Shown here in pieces: positions 1-11,141 of a DNA stretch of 64,000 nucleotides. Position 1 is the stretch's first letter. Every line of letters starts with the position of its first letter. The position numbers and the translations under genes are program-made. Location: positions 48,856,001 through 48,920,000 of the forward strand of contig OX597822.1 in assembly GCA_951406725.2 (NCBI GenBank), in the 5' to 3' direction. The stretch comes from Octopus vulgaris (taxonomy: Eukaryota). Under the pieces are notes generated by a model. It was not told the origin of the DNA and searched no databases. It worked only from the letters and a program-made list of their open reading frames with translations.

Positions 1-310
1 TGTACTGGTGGCACGTGAAAAACAACATTTGAGCATGATCTTTGCCAGTGCTGCCAGACTGGCTCCTGTGCAGGTAGCACATAAGAAACACCTTTTGAGC
101 ATGATCGTTGCCAGAACCACTTGACTGCCCCTCGTGCCAGTGGCACATAAAAGCACCCACTACACTCTTGGAGTGGTTGGTGTTAAGAAGGGTATCCAAC
201 TGTAGAAACTTTGCCAGATCAGATTGAGCCTGTTGCAGCCTCTGCCTCACCAGTCCTCATTCAAACCATCCAACCCATGCCAGCATGGAAAGCAGACTTT
301 AAACAACGAC

Positions 311-360
<50 letters not shown>
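1..360 (+). mobile_element. SINE-like family C copy with (GAT)n tail
   Basis: Core ggagtggttgg.gttaggaagggcatccagctgtagaaac...catgccagcatggaaa...(gat)n. Also at about 8722-8995(-), 11395-11760(+), 15000-15200(-), 25405-25710(+), 33975-34580(-), 37446-37600(+), 39110-39530(+), 39940-40290(-), 41745-42005(+), 46125-46370(-), 47500-47672(+), 50690-50800(+). Confidence 0.8.
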
Positions 361-362
<2 letters not shown>

Positions 363-625
363 GTTGTATTTCAGGATAGTAATTTTTTGGTTTTTCAAAA
401 TAAACACACACACCATATATTCCTTCTTCACTCCTTTATTACTGTCCTTATCGTAACTGATGTCCATTGTCCTGAAATCTTTCATCACTCATCTGTGACC
501 TCTTCAGTGACACTTTCTGCCCTCGTGTGTGCTTCTGCTCCACTTAATCCATTCTATTCTTCTGTGATGTGTATCTTTATATGCGCATGCATTTATGTCT
601 GTATTTGTGTGTGTGTGTGTGTACA

Positions 626-656
<31 letters not shown>

Positions 657-774
657 CGTTGTTCTTAGTAGCACATACACATACACGTACACACACGCAC
701 ATACATGTACACACACACACACACATTATTCTTTATGTTAATACATGTTTTCCTCTTTCTGTTTTGTTTCCCAG

Positions 775-915
775 GATCGAGTCCACATCGGACAACCTCA
801 CAGGAACTTACAAAGCCATGCTACCCAAATCCGTGCAACAAAAGTGATATATGCCTGATAAACCGCCGGAAGTGCAAACATCCGGAAAATTGTAAACCAT
901 ACATTTGCAAACCAG
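775..915 (+). CDS. RECK: RECK internal exon A (first in window)
   Basis: ccag|GA..CCAG|gtaaa, 141 nt, phase 1/1. Encodes SSPHRTTSQELTKPCYPNPCNKSDICLINRRKCKHPENCKPYICKP, matching the recalled RECK pattern PCxPNPC...CxxNRxxC...CxPYxC. Upstream exons lie outside the window. Confidence 0.9.
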
Positions 916-1262
916 GTAAACCCCTGTTTTGTCCATATTCACAATAGATGTCATTTCATGCATGTTAGTGTAGAAGTATAATCGCTGACGTGGCCGATGA
1001 CAGTACTGCCTGATTGGCACACGTGCCAGTGGAACATTAAAAGCATGTCCGAGTGTGATCGTTGCCAGGGCCATGGATTGGCTGCTGTGCTGGTGGCATG
1101 TAAAAAGCACCATTCAAGCGTGATCATTGCCAGCGTCGCCTTACCAGCACATGTGCTGGTGGCATGTGAATAACAACACACACACTATATATATATATAT
1201 ATATTTTGTTTTGCAAGATTTTTGATGTGAAATCGTGTGTTGAAATACAACAATATATATAT

Positions 1263-1297
<35 letters not shown>

Positions 1298-1650
1298 TAT
1301 ATAATTATATATATATAAATTTTGGCAGTTCTGATTGGTGGTTGACCATCCAATGCACCAACATCTTGAGTCAAAGTGTATGTGGTTGAGTATTCCACAG
1401 ACACATGTACTTTCAACATAATTCTTCTGCTGAACCAAGCCAGATTTTGACTTACAAGTGCAATCCATTGGACAGGCTTCTGTGTAGTTTCCATGCACCT
1501 AGTTTTATACACAAGACCTCATTATCGAAGGGACTTGCTCAAGATGCAACTTAATGTGATGGATTCTGATTTCATTTCTTTTCATTAATGACAAATATTT
1601 CCTCTCCCCTCTCTTATCTTCTCTACTCTTACTACTACCTTTCCTTCCAG

Positions 1651-1818
1651 CATGTTCCGTTGGAGAAGTTTCACTGCTGAAAGTTCCTCGTGGTTCCTAC
1701 GTTCGTCTTCCAAGCAAGAATATGTCCTGTTCCAAAGTATGTCACTGCAACCACAAGAACAAAATTGACCACTGCCAACCATTGCCTTGTATTACCAACA
1801 ACAACAATAACCTAAAAA
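1651..1818 (+). CDS. RECK: RECK exon B
   Basis: ttccttccag|CA..AAAA|gtaagt, 168 nt, phase 1/1. Encodes CSVGEVSLLKVPRGSYVRLPSKNMSCSKVCHCNHKNKIDHCQPLPCITNNNNNLK (cf. RECK CKLGEAS...CYKICSC). Not in the ORF track; translated by hand. Confidence 0.88.
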
Positions 1819-2854
1819 GTAAGTAACAAACAACCTAGCGGGGTGTTTTGTTTTTGTTGTTATTGTTATGTGTGAGTATTTTACAGCTGGATGCTCTTCC
1901 GTACACCAACCATTTCAGAGATTATTTTAGTCTTAGCCTTAATTTGTCCCTTACATTTGGTCAAGCAACATTTCTAATAATCTTGGTTTAGAATATCGTG
2001 TTAGCTCATCCCGTACAGTTAACCGGTTCATTGGGTGGTAAGACATCTCCAATCATCCTGGTTCCAAGTTCAGTCACCAGCATCTTCCCAGATGATGTTA
2101 AGTCACTTCAGATATTATTTAAAGATGCCTCATATATTCTTAAGTTTCGCTCTCTTTCGGTACCCATTGTATAGCAGTCTTTGGTATTTTCTCTTCTGGC
2201 AGTCGGGAAAATATGATCTGCAAGTCTCATTCTTCTTTCTGCCACAATTTACAAAAGGCTGCCCAGGTTTGTTCTTCTCTTGTCTTCAGAGATTCTAATA
2301 CTGTCCATAAAAGTGATCTTGTATAGAGTCTATTTGTCAGAATTTTTTCAACGGTTGGATGCCTTTCCTGTATCCAAACAAGATAATGCTTCCCCATGGC
2401 CACACATGTTTTTGATGGAAGACTGGAAATGAATGACACTGCTTGTATGATGGTGATACTCGTTTACAACTATGGCATAATGTCATAACAAGAACACATA
2501 CACACACATAAGGCAAGCTACCACACTGTTTCCATCTACCAAATCCACACTCTGACTTTGGTCAGCCCAAAACTATGGTAGAATACACATGCCTAAGATG
2601 CCATGCAATGGGACTAAACCCAGAACCACATAGTTGGGAAGAAAACTTCTTATCAAACACCCATATCTGTGATTATGGCATGTGCCAGAGACGTGTTCTG
2701 GGTGGGGGCGCAAACTCAAGGGCTGCCCCAAGCGTCACTTGCTCAAGCTGCGCCACTTCACCAACACTACAGAGATCTCTTTGTGTCTTGCAGGGCTAAA
2801 TAGTCCTCTCTACTTCCACGTATTCGCTTCTTCTTTTTGAGACGGACGTAACTC

Positions 2855-3056
2855 TTTTCTACTCAAGGCACAAGGCCCGAAATTTTGGCTGAAGGGGCCA
2901 GTCGATTAGATCGACCTCAGTACACAACTGGTACTTAATTTATCGACCCCGAAAGGATAAAAAGCAAAGTCAACCTCGACTCAGAACATAAAGACAGACG
3001 AAATATCGCAAAGCATTTCGCCCGGAGTGCTAACGTTTCTGCCAGCTCGCTGCCTT
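2855..3056 (-). mobile_element. SINE family B copy (tRNA-like head, Meta-domain-like centre)
   Basis: Reverse complement of ggc.g.gagctggcagaa...gagttcaaattc...gtcgactttgcctttcatcctttcggggtcgataaattaagtaccag. Also at about 12637-12820, 14566-14775, 21127-21256, 28512-28800, 48845-49040 (+) and 62525-62935 (-). The Meta-domain resemblance is from memory. Confidence 0.75.
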
Positions 3057-4336
3057 TGGAAATATTTTTCGGTTACGAAATCACTAGTTGTCCTTCGAAG
3101 ATTTCGATATGACTGTTGGTCGACGGAGAAACACAAAAAGTGTATAGAAAGAACCACTTGACCTCACTCATCTACACCAATACTTTTTAGAAGATAAAAG
3201 AGAAACTGGATGTTGTTACTTTTTATGTACGTACGTAACTAAGGTAAACAAAATGTGAGCGATGATAAATATTATGGAAAACTTGAGAAAAACAAAAGCG
3301 TATGAATACAGGTGTGACACAGGAGCGGGGTTACAATGTCGTAGTTGCGGCCACAACAATACGTTTACAAAACAATATATACAACATTACTAAGAGACAG
3401 CTTATTGCAAAGTTAAACATTATCAAGTGATAACGACGGGAGATAAATGGCGGGAGATGACAAGGCTTCTGTGTTGTCGTTCAACCTGCTACAAGCGCAA
3501 ACTAATCTCCATTAAACTGATCATTTCTGACCCAAATATTCTATCTGATCTGGCTTCTCACACTTACCCTACAATGTCATTCTAAATAAACAATAACAAG
3601 CTACAGAACAATGCATAATTTCTTCAAACCAACGTGAATAAATAAGCATTATATTTGATGTGCATTCAAGGAAGACCAGGAGGGATAATGTGATCTGAGT
3701 TACAATTAATCAAAGATCTATCAAACAGCAACTACAACAACAAAAATAATCATTCAAAATTGTTATCGCACCATAAGAGAGAAAATAAAAGAAAAAGAAA
3801 GACGTTATTTTTCACACCCGCAAAAATTGATAAAGAAATTAAATGATGCAAGGGAGACTACTCTTATTTAAAATTATTGCGTTTGTCGTCATGAAACTCA
3901 TATTTGTAAGATATTGAGATAAAAAAAATTCAATTAGTTGAGATTATCCTTGCTATGAGTAGAGGAAGACTTCCTGTACGGGTTTTATATACCTCAAAGG
4001 AAGATTTTTTTGTCGGTTAACTGCTTCTATAATTTCACCAGATCGAAGTTTTATATACGAGACTGGAGTAGTGTTAATACCAAATGGTAGTTAGTCTCTA
4101 TGTCCAACTTAGCGTGGATGTTGTGTTAGAAGACAGAATACTGCCTTATTTACCACGAGAGAACCTCTCGCATTGATTCGTCGTGCATAGAAGCACTCGT
4201 ATTTATATCGTTGACAGATGAGAATTGTCTGCTATGGCTGCTGGAACTCCTAGATCATGTGATTTCGCCCTGTTTCAGGGTCCTATGTGACAGACGTCCA
4301 GAAGCGACATAACAGCTGGATCACTCTCTCTCTCTC

Positions 4337-4742
4337 TCTTTTACTTGTTTCAGTCATTTGACTGTGGCTATGCTGGAGCACCGCCTTTAGTCGAGCAAAT
4401 CGACTCCGGGACTTATTCTTTGTAAGCCCAGTACTTATTCTATTGGTCTCTTTTGCCGAACTGCTAAGTTACGGGGACGTAAACACACCAGCATCGGTTG
4501 TCAAGCAATGCTAGGGGGACAAACACAGACACACAAACATATACACACACATATATATATACATATATATACATATATACGACAGGATTCTTTCAGTTTC
4601 CGTCTACCAAATCCACTCACAAGGCATTGGTTGGCCCGGGGCTATAGTAGAAGACACTTGCCCAAGATGCCACGCGGTGGGACTGAACCCGGAACCATGT
4701 GGTTGGTAAGCAAGCTACTTACCACACAGCCACTCCTGCACC
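4337..4742 (-). mobile_element. tRNA-derived SINE family A, near full-length
   Basis: Minus-strand A-box-like tggctgtgtggtaag, B-box-like gggttcagtccc, then ttgggcaagtgtcttc, an internal (CA/TA)n and tail ...gactgaaacaagtaaaagag. Also at about 6420-6822(-), 13751-13985(+), 28840-29180(-), 31340-31706(-), 35851-36256(+), 41070-41632(-), 44016-44620(+), 45390-45775(-), 46588-46958(-), 47688-48045(+). Confidence 0.85.
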
Positions 4743-5446
4743 TCTGTCAACGATATAAAGAATTTCAGAGTCTTTTTTGGCACTGGTGTCGCAAATAACC
4801 AACAGACTTATTGAAAAAAACGGCAGTTAATAGCAACAGAAGCGGTATGAATATGAGAAGGCAAATTTTATCTCATCTCTCTTTTAGCATAGGTGCTGTG
4901 TATTAATAGGCCCGTACGATTTGGGGCGACGAAAGGTAGACAGACAGACTGAAAGGAATGATAATATAAACACTTCCAGAGACAAGTATGTCTTTTCTTT
5001 ATGTTTCACACACCAACTTTAACATAAAACATTATTAGGATCTTTTTATTAGAATTGGTTGAAATTGCCGAAATTGAAGAAAATATCTTACAAACTACAG
5101 AATTTTCTCAAGAAAGCCAAGAGAAAAAGATGTTTTATAAACACATTCTACCAGTATACGAAGTTTAAAATTTTTTAGTTACATGGAAATTATTTTTAAA
5201 ATCTGCCGTTCAAACCGAAAAGATCCCATTATTTTAGTCCCAAAACATCAACCAATTCACAATTTACTGTGAAAATTGATTGAAAGGCTTAAATAACACA
5301 TATTCTGGATCAGCAATTCATTCACAGAAGGGATGATTAATTTTAATTTTATTTCCTCTAATTTCAGTGCAAAATTTGTTCATAGAAGGATTAATTAATT
5401 TGTTTCGTTTTTTTATTTTATTTTATTTTCTTGTGTCTAATTTCAG

Positions 5447-5563
5447 TGCAAAATATTGCCTACATGTCCCATTGTAATTTCTGTACGTGTTACTCCAGCA
5501 AGACAATCTGTACGAAGCGTCAGTGCGTGAAACCCAAAGACAAGCTACACAGAACATACACAG
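5447..5563 (+). CDS. RECK: RECK exon C
   Basis: tttcag|TG..ACAG|gttggt, 117 nt, phase 1/1. Encodes QNIAYMSHCNFCTCYSSKTICTKRQCVKPKDKLHRTYT (CNxCxC...CxxRxC...RTxTG). Confidence 0.88.
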
Positions 5564-5613
5564 GTTGGTGATGACATTAGCAAATTCCCTTTTTGTACTA
5601 TAGCAGCAGGTGA

Positions 5614-5827
5614 AGGCACATGGCTTAGTGGTTAGGACATTCAGCTAACGATCGTAAGGCCGTGAGTTCAATCCCCAGTGATGAATTGTGTCCTTGAGCA
5701 AGACACTTTATAACACGTTGCTCCAGAGTACTCATCTGGCAAAACTAAATTGTACCTGTATTTCTAAGAGTCGGCCCCTACCACATTCTGTGTCACACAG
5801 GATCTCCCCGAGAACTACGTTAAGGGA
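5614..5827 (+). mobile_element. tRNA-derived SINE family D
   Basis: tggcttagtggttagg...gagttcaatcccc...tgtgtccttgagcaagacacttta. Related minus-strand copies at about 12990-13376, 15225-15455 and 45775-46082. Confidence 0.75.
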
Positions 5828-6260
5828 GAACACCGCTAAGAAAAAACTTAACACCGCTAAGAAAAAACTTAGCGGTGTCGTATGAAATTGTCACCCATAA
5901 TTAATACTCTAGTATCGATCTATAGCATTTCAATCTATTTTAGATTTAGGGTTAGTTAGGGTTAGGGTTGGGAGAAGGGTATCTTTTTTTCTTCACAAAT
6001 GTAAATAAACCCAATCTGTTTCTTAAACGAGGGACATATTCATTATACACAGAATGTTATTTATGTCAATAGAGGTAATTGATTGGTTAAAATTGCAGAA
6101 ATGCATGAAAATTTAGACGAAATATGTTACAAACTATAGAATTTTCTCAATAAAGCCAAGAGAAAATGATGTTTTATAAACACATTCTACCAGTATACGA
6201 AGTTTAAAATTTTTTAGTTACCTAGAAATTATGTTACAAACTGCCGTTCAAACCGAAAAT
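5823..6260. mobile_element. Non-autonomous interspersed DNA-type element with terminal hairpin and TTAGGG-like tract
   Basis: Hairpin caccgctaag-aaaaaa-cttagcggtg, whose first 22 bp are tandemly duplicated; ttagggttagttagggttagggtt at about 5946. The body recurs at about 5050-5227 and, inverted, at about 49255-49635. Superfamily not determined. Confidence 0.6.
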
Positions 6261-7164
6261 TGAAAGTACCTGGATATGGTTGACGAATCAGCTATGGAAC
6301 ATGTGGTGCTTCTTTGCTTTGGTTCCTATAGAAACATTCTTCTTCGTCGATGGTTATGTCTAAAATACTCACATCTGATTGGCTAAAAATACCCAAATTT
6401 TGCTTTACTTTTTTTTTTACTTTTACTTGTTTCAGTCATTTGAATGCAGCCATGCTGAAGCACCGCCTTTAGTCCAGCACTTATTCTTTGGAAGCCTAGT
6501 ACTTATTCTATTGGTCTCTTTTGCCAAACCACTAAGTTACGGGGCTGTAAACACACCACTATTGGTTGTCAAGCGATGTTGGGGGACAAACAGACACACA
6601 AACATATACACACACAAACATATACACACACATACATATATATGTATATACATATATACGATGGGCGTCTTTCAGTTTCCATCTACCAAATCCACTCACA
6701 AGGCTTTGGTCGGCCTGAGGCTATAGTAGAAGACACTTGCCCAAGGTGCCACGCAGTGGGACTGAACCCGGAAACATGTGGCTGGTAAGCAAGCTACTTA
6801 CCACACAGTCACTCCTGTGCCTAATAAACTTTTTAATTATGGATTCATAGGAAAAAATGAATTTCATTTTCATAATTAAAATACAAAACTTAATCCATTT
6901 ACGAAATTTTGAAAACAATTGAAACAAAATTGTAAATAGTGACGAAAGCCACAAAGATCCTTTGATGGTTCCACAAACGATGAAAACCAAATTTGTTCAA
7001 CATCCTTTTCCGTCTTAGTTGATAACTGATTTATATTTTGTATTCCACTTTGTTGTCATCGTTGTTGTAATGTCATAAATGTCGGTGTTGTTTATCAGAC
7101 TAAACCTAAAACCGACCTTTCTAATCCTCTTCTGCCTCTCTCTCTCTCTCTGCCTCCTCCATAG

Positions 7165-7246
7165 GTTTACCATGTAACTGTCAGTCTCATTACTTCCCAG
7201 TCTGTGGAATAAATGGTAGAACCTACCCAAACAGATGTTTGGCATT
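7165..7246 (+). CDS. RECK: RECK exon D (Kazal-like motif 1, N-terminal part)
   Basis: ccatag|GT..CATT|gtaagt, 82 nt, phase 1/2. Encodes LPCNCQSHYFPVCGINGRTYPNRCLA. Confidence 0.92.
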
Positions 7247-7697
7247 GTAAGTACCAATATTTTACTGCTTAACCTCTTCCTCGCATCCCCCTCTATCTCT
7301 CTCTCTTAGTCTCTCTCTCTCTCCTTCTCTCTGTTTTCCCATCTCTTTCTCACTTTCTTTGCTTTTGTCCTTTTCTCCTAGTTTCTCAAATTTCCTTGCT
7401 CTCCTCTTTCTGCCTGTCTGTCTGTCTGTCTGTCTCACTCATTCTTTCTCTCTCTCTCTCTCTTTCTCCCTCTCTCTCTTTCTCTCTTACACACACTCAC
7501 ATAATTTGTCAAACAACCACACAGCCAACATCCAAGGCCACCTCAAGGTACCAGCAACTTGGGCAGTCACTCAGAGTGCCATGTGCTAGGAGGCGCCAAG
7601 GAGAGTATGACAAAGATGAGGAAATTTCCATGATCATCAGCTTGTACACGCAAAAGTTCAGCTTGCCCAGGGCGCCAGCAACCCTAAAACTGACCCT

Positions 7698-8120
7698 ATA
7701 TGTATGTGTGTGTGTGTATGCATGTGTGTATGCATGTATGTATGCATGTATGTATGTATGTATATATGCATGCATGTATGTATGCACGTACGTATGTACA
7801 TACATACATATGTACAAACAGGCATACACACATATACATACATAAATACACATATATATGTGCATACATATATACATACATACGTACGTACATAAGTATG
7901 TACATACGTATGTATGTATGAATGTATGTATGTATGTGTGTATATGTATGTATGTACGTATATATGTGTATTTATGTATATGTGTGTATGTCTGCTTGTA
8001 TGTATGTATGTACGAATGTGCATACATATGTATGTATGTACGTACATACATATGTACATATGAGCATGTAGATATATGTGTATTTATGCATGTGTGTGTG
8101 TGCATGTATGTGTATATGCA
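7698..8120. repeat. Compound (TATG/CATA/TA)n microsatellite
   Basis: Seen directly. Similar tracts at 16975-17182, 17805-18120, 19560-20100, 23700-23870, 25835-25984, 33290-33486 and 42755-42844. Confidence 0.95.
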
Positions 8121-8327
8121 GTTATTTATTACCACATTCAGATATAAAAGACCCACCACCACCACCATCACAATATCCTCTGTGGATTATTCCATACATT
8201 TCTTAATATCTAATTACTTACCATGAAAAGATATTCAAACCTAAAATACAAAAATAACTGATACAAACTCCATTAATTCTTCTTCAATTTTCCTTTTGTC
8301 CTGTAATTCTTTTCTTCTGTTCTTCAG

Positions 8328-8417
8328 ATGTGCAGGACTCAAAGAGATCCAATTTAGGTTTGGTAACTGTACTGCAATCAATCCCTGCAAGAACGCAAAC
8401 TGTGGTTCAGATGAGAC
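8328..8417 (+). CDS. RECK: RECK exon E
   Basis: cttcag|A..GAC|gtaagt, 90 nt, phase 2/2. Encodes CAGLKEIQFRFGNCTAINPCKNANCGSDE. Confidence 0.9.
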
Positions 8418-8462
8418 GTAAGTCTTCTACAAATATTCTTATATATTTTGTTCATTATATAT

Positions 8463-8679
8463 TACCATATTTGATGGCATACAAGATATGCCATTTAGAA
8501 TTTTAAAAATCTATCTCTAAAAACCACCCTGGGCCCTACATGTGAAGCTGGGCCTATATTAGAAGCTATAATGCACTAAAAATTAAAATTTGTTTTTGAC
8601 TTTTCCTCTGAATTTGACCATCACAGATTGGGGTGCATCATGTATGCCCATGTGCCTTTAATGCCTTCAAAAAATGGTA
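8463..8679. mobile_element. Tc1/mariner-superfamily (Tc2-like) MITE
   Basis: Imperfect TIRs taccatatttgatggcatacaagat / tgcctttaatgccttcaaaaaatggta with TA ends. A similar-style MITE lies at 31071-31234 (taccatattttaacatgtat / atacacgttaaaatacagta). Confidence 0.55.
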
Positions 8680-9029
8680 TATATCTATACATATATATAT
8701 TGTACACATATAATATATAATCATCATCATTGTTTAATGTCGGTTTTCCATGCTAGCATGGGTTGGACGGTTTGACTGGGGTCTGGGAAGCCAGGAGGCT
8801 GCACCAGGCCCAGTTTGATCTGGCAGTGTTTCTACAGCTGGATGCCCTTCCTAACGCCAACCACTCCGTGAGTGCAGTGGGTGCTTTTTACATGCCACTG
8901 GCATAGGTGCTAGGCAAGGCTGGCAACGACTACAATCGGTTGGTGCTTTTTACGTGCCACCAGCACGGAGGTGTGCCTCCGGCACGGGGTGCCACCGATA
9001 TATATATATATATATAAATAATGAAATTA

Positions 9030-9395
9030 TTGTGTACAGTGCTCAGGTGCACAACAACTCATCAAAGGTGCGTGTACAGTACATAGAATTATGTACAAAA
9101 GTCAGAAAAGTGAACAGTGTATGAGTCACGATATACATGGAAGGTGGGGAGTGTATCAGATGTAGAGTTGGCGAATTTCAGGAAGCAGTGAGGTTTTAAA
9201 GGATGCAATGTCTTGGCAACTAACAACTGATGCAGGTAGTTTGTTCCATGCTTCAGCAACTCTGAGTGTGAAAAAATGTTTCTGAACGCCATGGGAACTG
9301 TGCTGTTTTCTGACTCTGTAGGCAATGCCCACATGTGTTAGTCACATGGAGCTCAAAAGGGTGCTCAAGATGGTTGTTGGTGCAATGGATAATAA
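9030..9395 (-). mobile_element. CR1-like LINE 3' fragment
   Basis: Minus strand reads ...KHFFTLRVAEAWNKLPASVVSCQDIASFKTSL, the typical FFxxRV..WNxLP C-terminus. Frameshifted upstream. Confidence 0.7.
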
Positions 9396-9697
9396 TTTAT
9401 ATATATATATCAATAATAATAAAGGGTAAAATTAATTAATTAACTAGTAATTACTAATTCCACCAAGTAGAATGAAAAAGGACCATTTTTCGGTAAACTT
9501 AAACAATATTTTATAATTACGAGTATAATTATAATTAGGGTTCAGCAAAGATTTGCTTTACCACATACCGAAGTTTTGTCCGGGAGTCTCTTCTTATAGT
9601 AGAAGAAATAGCTAAGGTTCTTTGGCTGCTATTTCTAAACTTCGGTATGTGGTAAAGCAAATCTTTGATGAACCCTAATTATAATTATATATATAGA

Positions 9698-10042
9698 CTA
9701 GCAGTATTGCCCGGCATTGCTCGGGTTTGTAAGGGAAATAACTATATAAGCATTTTTAGAGATGTAAAGGGGGGGGGGGGTTACTGTAGCTTTTTATGTT
9801 CTGAGATTTAATAATAAATTTTTAGAGAGTTACTTCCCTTATATATGCCAAAAATGCATTAAAAGTGGGAAAAAGTGATGGTAAATTTTTTAAAAAATCA
9901 TAGAATCATCGTAGATGCACGCTAATACCCACGACTATAAGATACCCGGTTTTGGTTAAACTGCACCACAAAATGTGGGAGTAGTTAGGAATCTAAATCC
10001 TAGGAGACAGACAGCACACAACTTCTCTTTTATATATAAAGA
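9698..10042 (-). mobile_element. Non-autonomous Helitron
   Basis: On minus: 5' TC (tctttatatataaaag), subterminal hairpin cccgagcaatgccggg, 3' CTAG, inserted between A and T. Confidence 0.7.
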
Positions 10043-10279
10043 TATATATATATACACATACAAACAATTATGATGCATTTATGTATACATCCATCCATAC
10101 ATACTTCATACATAGAATTATAATGCTATATATTACATGCACACACACACACACACACAAAATAAATGTGCAAATTTTACAAATGATTTTGCCATAAATT
10201 ACTCCATTCATTGGACCCCTTCAACATACAATCAACCACCACCACCTCAACACTGTTCTGTTTACTCTCCATTTCACAG

Positions 10280-10344
10280 GTGTGTCCCACATCACCAGGT
10301 GTGTCTCAGTTTCCAAGAAAGATCGTGTCCTCAATATGTCTGCT
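10280..10344 (+). CDS. RECK: RECK exon F
   Basis: tcacag|G..TGCT|gtaagt, 65 nt, phase 2/1. Encodes CVPHHQVCLSFQERSCPQYVC. Confidence 0.9.
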
Positions 10345-10467
10345 GTAAGTTCACATATTGCCTCATTTATGACTATTTTTTCCCTTCCAAAATCTTTAAT
10401 TTCCCTGAAGAACCTCCAATGGACGAATTCTTAATTTTTTTTTTTTTTGTCTCTCTTTGTATTTCAG

Positions 10468-10592
10468 TATCGAAGAAACCAGGTTGCAGTCACAACCATG
10501 AACATGTCTGTGATACTCTCGATGAAGAATTCTCCAATATCTGTTTAATGAATGGTCATAACAAGAGTTTAGCCTACTGGGGACACTGCCAA
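10468..10592 (+). CDS. RECK: RECK exon G (Kazal-like motif 2)
   Basis: tttcag|TA..CAA|gtgagg, 125 nt, phase 1/0. Encodes SKKPGCSHNHEHVCDTLDEEFSNICLMNGHNKSLAYWGHCQ. Confidence 0.92.
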
Positions 10593-10613
10593 GTGAGGAC
10601 ACTTTGAATACTG

Positions 10614-10647
<34 letters not shown>

Positions 10648-11076
10648 CACACACAGACACACACACACATATATATACACATATACATATATACATATAT
10701 ATATATATCATCATCATCATCATATTCATCATCATCATCATCATCATCGTTTAACATCAAATATAAATTATTTTATAATTATATTCATAATCATAACAAG
10801 GGGTCAGCTTAATGCTTCCCCATGCACAGCTAGAAATAGATGTTAAAGTCTTTCTTACTACCCTAAAATCTCCGTTGGAGATTTTAAGGTAGTAAAAAGA
10901 CTTTAATGTCTATTTCAGCTGTGTGTGGGGAAGCATTAAACTGACCCCTTGTTGTAATTATGTATATAGTTATAAAATAATTTGTAAAATTTACCTAAAA
11001 GCTTTTTATTTCTGCACTGGCCACTAGTAAAATCATTATTGATTTTATTCTCTATTATTATTAAAATAATATTTGA

Positions 11077-11141
<65 letters not shown>

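Noticed and set aside
1124-1498. Cys-rich minus-strand ORF (CPMDCTCK...)
   Set aside because: Antisense within a RECK intron, runs into (TA)n and SINE sequence, and has no recognisable domain or splice support. The real exon B is on + at 1651-1818.
5946-5971. Interstitial telomere (TTAGGG)
   Set aside because: Only about three units, embedded in a dispersed element that has another copy at about 49550.
7509-8226. Long ORFs rich in Y/I/H/T/C/V (also about 16896-17330, 17719-18300, 19371-20182, 20759-21171, 33091-33557)
   Set aside because: Translations of (TA)n, (CA)n and (TATG)n microsatellites, which lack stop codons. Only the 3' part of ORF 17719-18528 (from 18313) is real coding sequence.
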